From: Callorhinchus milii
Lineage: Eukaryota
Length of the DNA stretch: 64,000 nucleotides
NCBI RefSeq assembly: GCF_018977255.1
Contig: NW_024704742.1
Span: 80,044,001 to 80,108,000 of the forward strand
Direction of reading: 5' to 3'
This document shows, one piece after another, positions 49,215 through 61,787 of this stretch. The position numbers and the translations under genes were made by a program. Each line of letters begins with the position of its first letter. Within the stretch, counting starts at the first letter, position 1. Under the pieces are notes generated by a model. That model searched no databases and was not told where the DNA came from. It worked only from the letters and a program-made list of their open reading frames with translations.

Positions 49215-49383
49215 TTTGCTAGCCTGTGATGGTTCTCTAGAATTAGGTAAACAGGATGCAACCTGTGTCCATTACAGACATGGGAATTTGCATCACCCAT
49301 GCATGGAACTCTCTGTCGAGTTCAGATACTCAAGCATGGTGATGGGTTTCCGCATGTGTCAGACACCCCACTGATGAAAAAAG
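49215..49383 (+). mobile_element. Unclassified family X, 3' part
   Basis: TCTAGAATTAGGTAAACAGGA...GATACTCAAGCATGGTGATGGGTTTCCGCATGTGTCAGACACCCC...AAAAAA. Confidence 0.75.
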
Positions 49384-50044
49384 AGCTAATACTGCAAATA
49401 ACAAATACCTCAAAGAAAATGCATTCTAGTTTTGTAAACCTGAGCTAAGTTCTGCTCCCGACTCCCAAAAGGAAAAGTATAAACATCTACATGGGGTAGT
49501 GGAGTGTTTCCATGAGTTGATAGCATGATTTATGGCACAGATAAAAGGAAATGCTTTGCAATATGCATGAAGATGTTTTGCATTGAATTGAATTAAAACA
49601 TTGAACATTCTGTGCCCAATGTGCGCATGCAGTATGAACGAATAAATGGTAAACTAAGTCCACTGAGAAATCTAATTTGCATTCTGTGCTAACCATGTGT
49701 AGAGGAAATTACAGGTACCCTTAATTTTGTGATTAACAATGAATTTAAATAGTTTACGGAACCACCTGGAATACTTTCAATCGGTTGATAATTGCATCAT
49801 GCTTTTGTGTATTACGTCAGCTGGTTCCACCCCACTAGTACCCCCAACCTGCATCTAGGTTATTATCAAGCTGCGCCCAATACAATCTGGAATTTGCCTG
49901 AGCAAAAATGAATTGTTTCCTCCAGGACTTATTTCCACTAATTTATTCAGTGTATGACATGGTCAGTATGCTTTTTCCTTATAACAAAATCAAAAAAGCT
50001 CTTGTAGCACGTAAGTAATTGCCTGGGATCCAGTTGTACTAAGA

Positions 50045-50175
50045 TTGCCAGTGTGGTTGAGGCCAGGACACTTGACTTGTTTAAAAAGCAGCTTGATGCT
50101 GTGATGGGAGGATGGTATTCTGCAGTGATGAGATCAAATGGGCCAAAAGGCCTTCTTTATCCAAACTGGTCTTGT
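50045..50175 (+). mobile_element. CR1 3' end
   Basis: GTGGTTGAGGCCAGGACACTTGACTTGTTTAAAAAGCAGCTTGATGCTGTG...ATGGGCCAAAAGGCCTTCTT. Confidence 0.75.
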
Positions 50176-51670
50176 AAACTGGAGACGTACAATCATATTT
50201 AACCTATTCCTTTAAATGCTCGTAAAGTTGAAGTGAGGTCGAATGAGATTAGTGTTTTTCTGTTGCCAAGGAATTTTTAAATAGGATATGTTTCTTTTAT
50301 TTTATTTTTATCTTTTGATTTTCCTCTTGTAATACCGATGGGATAAGTAATGGAAAAAAGAGATTTTTATTTACACATAAACAATGACAGCATTTGTGCT
50401 ACAGTGAGTTCAGCACCAATGGGTTAGTGAGGGGGNCATTGATGCAACATTTCTACTCCTTATCCCTGTCCAGATATTCTGCTGTAATTGTCTGGATGTC
50501 AAGTGAGAATTCCCATGATCGAATATCACGCCAGTAGCTACTAGTGTGTTCTTATGGCTCCCAAATGAATAATGAATAATGGCCACTTGGGTTTCTTGCC
50601 CACTGCCTGCAAAGCTTTTTTTCCAAACGACAAATAAGTCAGAAGCCTTCAGCCGTAGTAAACTGTGGAGACCACATGTGAATCAGAAGTAATGTACTGT
50701 TGGTTCCTAGCAGGCTTCCCTGTTGGCGATTTGGAGCAATTATTTGTGAAACTTGTTGCGAGCTGCTATTTTTCATCCCTAATGTACCTTATTCTAAACA
50801 CCACCAACTCCAGAATGCTATTTCTGTTTCTCCCTCCATTTGCCTCTCTAAAGAAAGTTGCCTATATGGTTTCATTTGATAGTGCATTGGAGATACATTT
50901 ATGAAAGAGGTTAAGAACGGCCAAATTCATTGCAACGCAGGACTACTTTAAAGCCAGTAGAGGGAGAGAAGGTTGAATTTGAAGCCAGGTCCAATAACTG
51001 AAACGTATTGTAACTTCATTATTCAATATTTGATGAATTCCATAACACTGAATATCCAGAACAACTCTCAGGTAATTTATGTTTCTAATTCCCACTGAGT
51101 GTTGTAAATAAGTTATAACTTTAAACTGCACTGCATAATTCAAAGGACAACTAACCACAAATCAGAAACAATAAAAGGACAAGTGCGGGTTCTGTGCACC
51201 TTTTAATTTTTTAGGGAAATGCCTTAAAAGTATCAAAGTTAATTTAAGTGATATTGACAAGCTTATGGGAGTTGCTAATGGCAAGTTCCATCTGCGGGGA
51301 ATACTTGGGGAGATTTAGGAGCTCTTTGCCTGCAAATGTGTTCCATGATGATTCCAAATTCATGATTCAATAGCCTTCTTGGGAAACATTAAAGAAAATG
51401 ATGAAGCAAAACAGTGACCTTATGAGTTTAGAGGCTATTGCATACTGTTCTTACTCCTTTCAAATAATCAGAGACATTCTTGGCCTTTCAATGTTTGTAT
51501 TGATTGACTCAGTGATTAGAAATGTATTCTCAATACTAGACCTTGGATCAAAGAGAGCTAAATTACTTTATCAAGGAGTCAAACAATTCCTGACAACAAA
51601 GGTTTGTGAGAAACTGAGAGATGCTTCAGAGTTGTTCTCCATCTGTGAGCACTTCATGCTTTATTTTTCA

Positions 51671-52045
51671 TGTGGAGTCCTGTAGCTTAGTGGTTAGAGC
51701 ACCCGACTCGCAATTCAGAGGACCTTGGTTCGATTCCCGGCAGGGCGAAATGTTGGGCAAGTTTCCTTATCCCACACACTTTCTTTTACCCAACAGTAAG
51801 TAGGAATCTGGTTGTTAGTCGATTGACAGATTGCTTTTCCTGAGTTAATAATTCCTTCAAAAAAAATAATAATTTGATTAGTCAATCCATGACTGTTTGT
51901 GGGACACTGCTGTGCGCAATTGGCTGCTGTGTTTCGCCCACAAAGTATACAGTCAATTTACTGTACAGTATATTCTGTGAAGCGTTTTGAGATATTTCGA
52001 AGATGTGATGAGGCACTATATCAAATGCAGGGATTATTATTATAA
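51671..52045 (+). mobile_element. tRNA-SINE, long form, complete
   Basis: TGTGGAGTCCTGTAGCTTAGTGGTTAGAGCA...GGTTCGATTCCCGGCAGGG, internal block, Deu 3' half, tail. Confidence 0.92.
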
Positions 52046-52229
52046 TATGTGCTGTGCGTTGGCAATCCTTTCACAAAAGAAGCTTTTTCTTTTCCTTTAA
52101 ACAACAGTAAATTTGCAAACAAATTATTTATAACGAACCTTCTGTGTAAAAGAAAAGTCTCAAAGTACTTTACAGAATAAGCATAATTACATATCAAGTG
52201 AATGTTGTTATGAAGGCCAATTCATCAGC

Positions 52230-54835
52230 TAACTTGCACCCTTAGCTGTGGGCGTGCAGGCTGGAGGCTGACATCGTGAGGAGGTCGCCAAACACGATTG
52301 CAAAAACAGGGGAAAAAACCCTGTTTTTTGCAATCGAGGTGAGCAGGATCAGTCGGAGTTTGATTGTAGTAGAGCGGGGGTATCAGGAGTTCCTGGGCTC
52401 AAGGTCTCCCGCGGTGGGGGACTGGAACAGGGACTGAAGTGGTTTACATGCGTTCAACGCCTGGAGCCGGACCAGAATCGACACCTGAAGGGGGACCACG
52501 GGCTTACCCGTGAGCAAGGTCTGAAGCGAGGCCGAGCTGGGCTCGAAGACAACACCGTTGTGGGGTCCGATCAGATCCAATGTGTACTGTGTGGAGCCAG
52601 TGTGGGATTTGTCACCTCGTCTGGTCCAAAATGCCATTGCTGACTCTCCTGGTGAACATCCAACCAGAAACCGGCTGCTGCACCTATGAAATTCTGAGCC
52701 GAGACTCACTGGGACAATAACATTGTCCCCCTCTCCCCATGATGATCCACGGCAGTGGGCTAAACATGCCACACTAACCCCACTACCGCTCTTAGTCTCG
52801 GTGTGCGCATTTTGGCTGCACCTCTCCTCACTCATCCACGTCCGCACCCTCTCTGTCAGTCCTCCCCCTCACCCCCTCCCCCCCCCCAAATTCCGACACC
52901 AACTGTCCCCTCTCGGCCTATCCCCTTATTCTGCCAGAACCTTCCCCTCCTTTGAGCATCTTACTGTTTATCACCCCTCCAACCTTTCTCTCAAAATTCT
53001 CCTTATCTATCTCCCCCACCAAGGCCTCACCCACCTTCCTCCCCGACATCTCCACCCTCCTATTCTCCCTCTTCCTCTCCTCTAAACGCCTCCTCATCCT
53101 AGGTGACTGCAACCTCCACTTCAACTCCTACTACTCTACCTCTCCTCCCTCGTCTCCTCCCTGAACCTCTCCCTCCACATCCACTCCACCACCCACGTCC
53201 ACGGTCACCCTCTTGACCTGGTGAACACCCGGGGCTTCACCGTCTCAGACCTCATCATCACCGACAAAGCCATCTTGGACCATTACTTCATCTCCCTTAA
53301 CTCCCTTAACTCCTCAATCCCTCTCCCCACAGCCACCCAAACCACCTCCATCTCCTACCACCCCTTGAAAATATCTTCCTCCCCACTCCCTCTCTGCTGC
53401 CTTAGAGTCATCTGAACTCCCCCTCTGGGCTTCCTCCCGCAATCACCCAACCTGCTTGGTCACTCTCCTCAACAACTCCCTTTCCACCACTCTTGATGCC
53501 CTTGCTCTCCTCACTTCTTGGATCATCTCCTACTCACGAAAGTCACCCTGGTACACCAGCCACCTCTGCTCCCTTAAGGCACAGCTGCATGCCGCTGAAT
53601 GCACCTGGTTCAAATCCAAGTTAATGGTCCATTGGCAGATCTAACTGGACCTTATGAAATATTACCACTCCGCCCTTGCACCATCCAATAATGCACACTC
53701 ACAACCTTTATAGTTCTGTCTTTGAATGGTTCAGATACTACCCCTCACACAGTCTCCACTTCATCTCTACAAACAGTTTCTCCTCTAGCCCCTCCGTCGC
53801 GTGCGGTTTCCTTATTTGGTCTTTGGTCCCCTCTTCAACATCTACATGCTCCCTTTTGGTGACATCATCCGCAGACAACTTCCACATGTATGCAGATGAC
53901 ACACAACTGTACCTCTCTGCCTCCACCCTTGACTCCAGGACCACTGCTGTCCTGACAGAATGTCTGTCAGACATCAAGTCCTGGATGAGAACTAACTTTC
54001 TACAGTTGAAAGTTAACAAGTCCGAGGCTCTCCTGATTGGCTCCCATCAGCGTCTCCTCACCTCAGATTCTGACAGCATCACCGTCCATGGTTGCACACT
54101 CCACCTCACTGAGCCAGTCCGGAACCTTGGCATCTTCTTTGACCCTCAACTATCCTTTCTACCCCACATCTGTGCCATGACCTGCTCTGCCTTTCCCCAC
54201 CTCCGCAACATCGCCCGGCTCCACCAGCCTCGCACCACAGGATGCTGAGACCCTCATACATGCATTCATAACATCCAAGTTCAACTACGCAAACTCCATG
54301 CTTGTCGGCCTCCCCAGCTCCCCCCCCCAACTCTGTGTCCTCTCCTGCATCAGGCTCCATGACCCTATCACCCCTATCATCGCTCGACTCCACTGGCCTC
54401 CCATCACACAGAGGATACAGTTCAAGAACCTGGTGCTCACCTTTAAAGCCCTCCATAGTCTTGCTCCTCCCTACCTGTGCGACCTATTAACACCCTACCA
54501 ACCTGCCTGCTTCCTCCACTCAGTGGGCTCCGGCCTGCTTCACGTCCCTGCCTTGCCTGATGCACCATTAGCGGCAGGCCTTTAGCCACTCTTCTCCCAC
54601 CCTCTGGAACTCCATCCCATAATCTCTCCACCAAGATCCCTCCCTTGTCTCCTTCAAGATGCATCACAAGACTCTCTTTTTTACCATGCCTTTGACCACC
54701 CTTCTTTCCCCTCTGCCCTCCACCCTCCCTGATCCCGACTGCCAGATCGGGTCTAAAACACTGATTGTCTAGCACCTTCGGGCGTCCTCCCGATGTGAAT
54801 GGCACTATAAAAATGTAATTTTGTTGTTGTTGCTC
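52230..54835 (+). mobile_element. Type-A L2 with putative 5' UTR and internal deletions
   Basis: GC/CpG-rich 52230-52850; partial APE (FPSFEHL, ILGDCNLH, HGHPLDL); jump near 53676 into RT ([25 protein letters not shown]); type-A tail. Confidence 0.88.
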
Positions 54836-56589
54836 GTCTTGCAAACAACGATGGGATTCATTTGAATTCAAATGAGGAGTGAATATGAACGAGATTAACT
54901 GGCAGAAAACTACCATGTTTCTTTGAAATAGTGAATTGTTTTTATGTTTACAGTTGTATATATGATTGTGTATTTTTGTCCAAAGTCAAATGGGCAATTT
55001 TGGGGTTAATTGCTTCAAGTTTCATAACTGATTCAATCTGATAATTATCACATTGAAAGCTATTATTATTGTCACAGATTTTATGTAGTTGTGCATTTGG
55101 AGGTGCTTCATAGCTTGTTCTTATTTTTCCAACTTTCTCCCTATTCTTGACTTCACCCACATCCAAAGCTTAATGTAGATGATTGGTAGCTATTGGAACT
55201 CTGAAGTCAACACAAGTAAGTCCAATCCTTTCCATACTATCAGGAACTGACACTTTGGCGTGGAGTTTTGTTACTCTATCTTGACAGTAACAGAGCCTCA
55301 AAAAGTGAAATGTCACAATGAGACACCACAGAGCAATTTAAATGAATCCTCGTGGGTGAGTAAAGAGTTTTTTTTACACACACTATGCGTGTTGTTTCCA
55401 TATGGATAATCATATCTGCAGAAAGGATGTAAAAAACAAAAAGTGTAGCCTCAGAAAGACTTTTTCAAAAATATGTTGAAACTAATTAAGGTGGTAGAAG
55501 TAGGTCAATCAAACGTGAAAGATAAAAGGTTGAAGGGGTTAGCATTGAATGGACAACTTACTGTGAGTGCTGATGCAGACTTGATGGGCTGAATGGCCTC
55601 CTGCTCTGTAAATCTGAATGATTCCAAACATTAACTAATTTATTGATCCTGGAAGATATCTCATGGGTAAGAAAGTAATCAGAATTGACTAATCTGGCTT
55701 AGTTAATTGACTAATGTGACTAACCTTTTACTGACTGCACTGTATTCATTGGTTTTTTTAAAAGACAAAATTAAACTGTTAATAAATTAATTTTGAATAT
55801 GAATACACATAATTTCTGTGACTGAAACACAATCAAATCAGATTTCATTCGGGAACAAATCTAATGAAGAGATTCTAAATAATATTCTCACCACCATTTG
55901 CATGAATGAAGTTCCTCTTATAAGACAACTAGTAGTATTGTAACTAAGAGCTTGTAGTACGACAGAAATAATACTACTACCTGTCTTATATTTGTGAGCT
56001 ATTTATAAAATTACAACATAATGTCTTCACTGAACAAGTTTAAATAGTGTTACCTTGGTTCCAAGCAGTGGTGCAAATCCACAGCATGTGGCTGTTCATA
56101 TTTCAACAACAGCAGCAACAACTTGCATTTATATAGCACCCTTCATGCAAGGCAGTGTCTTGGAGGACTGAACAATGGCATAGTTTCACACCGAACCTGG
56201 AAGAAAGAGCAAGCTGAACATGACATTGGTCAAAAAGGAAAGTCTTCAGGTATGATTTGAAGATGGATAAAGAAGGGGCAAAGTAATTCAGTTCAACATT
56301 ACCTATTTGGTATTAAATTAAAAATGTCACTCCAGGGGGCCGGGAGGAAGATCGGTATATAAAATATCACAATAGTGCAGTAGGTGAGTTAGGTTTTTGA
56401 TATTATTTGGACAGTGGAGGTAATTTCACTCCTCATTTAACTTTTGCTATTGATAACTGTCTCATGCTTGATACTGATGCTGGGATGAAAAGGTTGAGAA
56501 AAATGATCAAATTATCATTTTTCCATACCCTGGCATTGGAACCAAAATTCATCAGAAAAAAAGTCATGAATCAGAGAGAAACAACATTT

Positions 56590-56980
56590 GAAATAATGAC
56601 TTGCATTTGATCTATGTCAGGAGGATGTTTCAAAGAAATTAAATCGTTTTTATTATGAAATGTAGTGATTAGGTGTTTTGTAGGTGAATGTGGTAATCAA
56701 TTTGCACAATAATATCCCACAAACAGCCATGAAGTAAATGATCAATTTTATTTGGCCAGGATACCGGGAGAAACTTGATTCTCTTTTTCAGTAGTGTCAG
56801 GGGATCTTCAATGTTCACCTGAACAGTGAGATGGGACCTTTATATGAAAGATAGCACCTCAAACAATACAATATACCACCAGCACTATGTTGGAGTTGAA
56901 AGTTCTGATGTGAAGCTTGAAATCATAAACGTCTGCCTCAGGAGTGAGAGTGCCTCAAGATTAGCCAGACTGGCACCCTA
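56590..56980 (-). mobile_element. Old Deu-domain SINE, near full length
   Basis: Tail, ATCCCACAAACAGCCATGA, TTGGCCAGGATACCGGGAGAAAC, GGGATCTTCAATGTTCACCTGAACAG, head remnant CTCAGGAGTGAGAGTGC. Confidence 0.65.
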
Positions 56981-57586
56981 AAGTCATGTTGAAGAATGCA
57001 GAATAGCACAAATAAATTGCACCAATGTTGCAGTTTATTTTGAAAAAAAGATTTATTTCAGAATTAATTTATGTTTTGTAGCCATAACTATGTTGTCCAG
57101 TAAAGATTTTGTGTGTAATGTTATGAATAGGTAATGTTCATTATATGGCTATGTTACTGGGTCAACCAACCCCCACATAATTGTTGTATGTTTTTCTGTC
57201 TTCTGGCAGCTGTATTCCCATAAGACATTTAGAATAATTGCCTGTCAGCAGGAATTTGAATCGTTTTGCTGTGGTTCTTCTGGTTGTTAACTTAGTACAT
57301 AACATAAACTTGGTATGTGGTTTTGCAGGGAGCAGGTGGGAGAATAAACATGGTTCATGGATTTTAAAATTAAGAATTAGCCATACTAGTTTAATTTTCT
57401 TTTTGGTGAATTAAAATCAGCAAAGAAATTAAAAGACATTTTGATCTTAACCGAGCTTAACATTTTATCCATAACTAAAACAGACAAGTCAAGAACGAGG
57501 TTATATCTTTTTCAAAGATAGTGAAAATCCCAAATATTTGTAAGATTTAAAAATAAATTCATTTGAAATCAAAGCAGAAAATGTAC

Positions 57587-58350
57587 CCCAATGCACACTC
57601 TGGGGTCCCAAGTCTGGTTCTTGTCAACTTGTGCCTAATACAATGATAAAATAACAACACGATTACATTTGCTTAGCGTCTTTCACGTTGGGAGGATATC
57701 CCAAGACGCTGGTATGTACAGATAGAACAGTAATCTGTAACAAATCAGATATTATCATAAACAATAAATAGATTGTACATGGTGTATTAATGATGTGGCT
57801 AACCCAAACAATTACATTGTACAAATAAGGAACTAGAGAAGATCAGAAAATATATCAATCTACAAATTGAATACAGACATATGTTGCAGTATAAAACATA
57901 GTTCCTCATCGGTGCAACTGGAACTGTTAATAATACAGTTCAGAATTGGTTTGGCAAGATGCCTGGTGAGCAAAATATCATCCTCCTGCAGATAATAGAC
58001 ATTTTAGGAGGTTCACACATACTACAAAACATTAACATCCATTCATATGCAAATTGGCAGTGTTATTGGTCTGGCATCACTGAAAACTATTTAGAAACTA
58101 CTTCTACATAATAATAAATCATGAGAAACAGCAGTTATAATACTCACTGGAATTAGGGAAGCAGGAATAAAACCTCTATAAAAATATAAAAAACGTATAA
58201 AAAGAAAACATCCAGGGAATGGTTATTGATTCCAATAAAATCTCTGAAATTTCCATGAGTAGGTGGGTATATGGATCTCTGTTTGGGTGGATAGCCTAAG
58301 CATACAGATCAGTTTTCTCATGTGTCAGACACCTGGTTGACCAAACAAAA
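57587..58350 (+). mobile_element. Family X copy (57587-57641 + 58144-58350) split by a ~500-bp insertion
   Basis: CACACTCTGGGGTCCC...TGTGCCTAATAC | insert | TAATACTCACTGGAATTAGGGAAGCAGGAA...CATGTGTCAGACACCTGGTTGACCAAACAAAA. TAATAC is duplicated. Confidence 0.8.
57716..58120 (+). mobile_element. R4/Dong/Rex6-type non-LTR retrotransposon 3' fragment (restriction-like endonuclease), decayed
   Basis: Manual translation across frameshifts: TDRTVICNKSDIII..INDVANPN..KELEKIRKYINLQIE..IGATGTV..QNWFGKMPG..LQIIDILGGSHIL, matching the (P)D..D..EKxxKY..IGALG pattern; followed by (TAA)n. Confidence 0.8.
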
Positions 58351-58468
58351 CTGAATGCAATTTGCAGGAGTTACACCAGCATCTGTAACCAGTGAATTCT
58401 AGATGTTTTCACAGCTGACCTTCTGACTCTGCACAGTGTCAAAACAATTTGAGGCAGCAACAAACAAG

Positions 58469-58845
58469 GTCCTGTAGCTCAGTGGTTAGAGCGCTCACCT
58501 CCCAATTGAGAGGACCTGGGTTTGATTCCCAGCAGGGTGAAAGGTTAGGCAAGTTTCCTCACTCCACACGCCTCTGTTCACCTAGCAGTAAATAGGAACC
58601 TGATTATTAGTCGATTAGTATATCGCTTTTCCAGGGGTAATAATCTATTCAAAAAAGTAAAATAATAACAACAATTTGGTCACCCAATCCACAACTGTTT
58701 GTAGAACTTTGCTGTGTGCAATTGGCTGCCAGGCTTTGCCCACAAAACAAAGTCAATTCAATTTACAGTATAATCTGTAAAGTGCTTTGAAACTTCTAGA
58801 AGACGTGATAAGGTGTTATGTCAAATGCAAGGATTATTATTATAA
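58469..58845 (+). mobile_element. tRNA-SINE, long form, complete
   Basis: GTCCTGTAGCTCAGTGGTTAGAGCG...CTCCACACGCCTCTGTTCACCTAGCAGTAAATAGGAACCTG...tail. Confidence 0.92.
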
Positions 58846-58944
58846 ATAAATAAATGCTTGCCTATATTGTCAAATCAATGAGTGCACATCCCCAAAAGTG
58901 ATACTCATGCTGTATGGTCAAGTGTACAGTTCTGATCACAACAG

Positions 58945-59730
58945 CATAAAGGGGCTGAGGATGATCCCATGTTTTAGTGGTATGAGCAAAGATTAAACAA
59001 GATAGGGCTTTTCAGACTTGAAATATGAAGTGGAATCCTGTAGCTCAGTGGTTTGAGCACTCGCTTTGCAAGTGAGAGACCCGGGTTCAATTCCCGGCAG
59101 GGTGAAACCTTTGGCAAGTTTCCTTACTCCACACGCCTGATAATAATCCCTCAAAAAAAAATTGGTCACTTCAATCCATGACTGTTTGTGGGACACTGCT
59201 GTGTGCAATTGTCTGCCACATTTCGCCCACAAATATATACAGTCAATTCACTTTATAGTTTATTCTGTGAAGCACTTTGAGACGCCTAGAAGATGTGAAA
59301 AGCGCTATATCAAATGCAAGGATTATATTATTATTATAGGGGATCTTATAGAGGTATGTAAAATTGTAAATGGGATTGAAAAAGTAAACACAGAACAATA
59401 CTTTAGGATTCACCAAGATAATAGAAAAAGAGATCATAGATTTAGTATTACAAAGGGCAAATCCAAGACAGGCATCAGGAAGCTTTTCTCAGAGGGCAAT
59501 TAACGACTGTAACAAGTCGGCAGAAAACAACAACTTGGATTTATATAGCGCTCCTCACACAAAGGTAGCGTCCCAGAGCGCTTCTGAGGCCAGGTGATTG
59601 AGGCCAGGACACTGGACTCATTTAAAAATCAGTTTGTGTGTGATAGGAGCAGGGTAGAGTAGGTTTTCTGGAGGGATGAAATAGGATGGCCCAAAGGTCC
59701 TACTTTATCCAAACCAATCTTGTGATCGTG
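58945..59730 (+). mobile_element. CR1 3' fragment interrupted by a SINE (59030-59338) and a 60-bp L2-type tail (-, 59526-59584)
   Basis: YEQRLNKIGLFRLE | SINE | GDLIEVCKIVNGIEKV...RDHRFSITKGKSKTGIRK...VIEARTLDSFKNQ, then 3' UTR GATGGCCCAAAGGTCCT. Confidence 0.85.
59030..59338 (+). mobile_element. tRNA-SINE, short form
   Basis: GTGGAATCCTGTAGCTCAGTGG...CTTTGCAAG...complete; tail loop TAGAA. Confidence 0.93.
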
Positions 59731-61787
59731 TGCCTTAAAACTCTGCAGACCCTCCACCTATCTCCCTTTGTCCTATTTCCTTGATGTATCTGAGAGTTTC
59801 GGGGTTTACTTTTTCTAATATTCAGATAAAATAAGTACATGGGTCTCATATGGTTAATAACAAAATAAAGTACACATGGTAGGCCCTATGAGCACCATAT
59901 AATGCATTTATTGAATTGACAATGGGTTCATTGCCCTATGGGATTGATGGCAATGTTTGTAGCTGGGATTTCAGTAAACAGGAGACCTTTTTTCAAACAG
60001 AGGCAGGAAAGTTATACAAATCTTTCAGCAGTGATTGTTTGGTGAGTGATTCTGGATGTCATGAAACAGGCAGGACTTATGGATGAGTGCGATCACATTG
60101 ACACAGGCAATTCACTAACAGAATTGGAAAGGAACGAGGTGACATAAGTTAATTGGATCCATCTCTCGATATTTGCTGCAATCGGTGTTTCTGGCCCTGC
60201 ACTCCCTTTAAACTGTAAGCTATATTCAGCACATCTGAACTGGCATTCAAAGTCTCTCCTAGGTTATCGTAAACAATAACACCAATCCCAATCTAGCCCC
60301 AAAAGATTTTCCATTCTATGTGTTTCCAGTGACATCAAATAATATTGCTGTTTTCTCAAAGGTGTTTGATAATTGTCTGCATCACAAAACGCGCAATGGA
60401 TTTGTCAGTAAATATGAAACGGAAATGTGAATGTTGTTTCTCAGAACAGGTATGTCATTGAAAGAGTAAAAAACCCTTGCTTGACACGGCAGAAGGCAAA
60501 TCGCTCATATAGGTGTCATCTTTCTGTACCATTTGAAATAAATATTTTTGGGTTCTGCTCCATTAAAAAGCAGAATCCAAACTGAATGTTTTGCTTTTTC
60601 TCATATTCATCTGGTTTCAATTTTCTACTGATCTTAGTTCTTTTGGTGGATCGATGAAGCATTCTATTCTTTATCTTGCTCTCATTGATGATGTTGCATT
60701 TGATTATCATGTGTCTCCAGATCTATTAGGCTTTGCTGTTCAAAGGAGATACAAGGAGATCCCTTGGGTAATGATTATTCATAAAATAACTCTGCCGCTG
60801 CAGATGGGATGTTACAGTCAAATAGTTGCAGAATAAAGATTAAATGTGACACCATTTCCTTTAATTTGACAATTCAAACATGCAGTCTTGCACTGATAAT
60901 GGTGTGATTTTATTTCAGCATTTTCTTTCCTCAGTGAGGGAATGAAATATACATTTATTTTCTGCACCCCAAATTCTTCAATTTCCAACCAAAGAGAGGA
61001 TATTGCATTCGCGTTCCCAGTAAGGGTAGTAGAATGAGACAATTTTCAGGACACAAACACTAAACTAGGGCACACAAATTAAATCAGCAAATCCACTTCT
61101 TATAAATGTGATTTCAAATTTAACAAAAAGTAATTTTGCACCGATTTCACTCAGGCCTCAAAAAAAAACATTGATTTTTTTTAAACAGTGATTTGATGGT
61201 ACTTTATAAATACTCTGAAGTCCATTGAGCAAATGAATTCAATATAATGATGCATTTATGGGTTTTATGCACTCAAAATTCCAAACATGCATTTTAGACT
61301 CGTTTAAATTTATGGAAAAATCAGTGAAGAGAAAGCTAGTTTGTAAAATCTCAAAATATCCACTGTTCAATCAAAAGAAGAGTTGAATTTTTAACTTTCT
61401 CATATATTACCACCTGCAGCAAGTTCAGTTCCAGAAAGGTAATCTTGGAGTGAAACTCAATTAAGTAAGGGATAAGCAAGCAGCCTTGGATTGGTTGAAT
61501 CTGAACTCCGTCAAGTTCAGTGTCTCGAGTCTTGTCTACTCAGACAGAAATCTATTGCATTTTAATGTATCATGAGAAAAACACGGTTTTCTGGCTACTT
61601 TATTTTCGCATTGTAATTTGTACAAAAAAATGCTCCGGGTGTGCACTAACAAAAAAATTTCGTTTTATTTTTTCAGCCTAAACACAATTGATAAATCAAA
61701 GGGATCAAAAATAGGTTAATGCTACATTGTTTAGTCTTCTCCTTCAGTGATGAAACAATCTTCTTTCACATATCATCCCAACTGATT

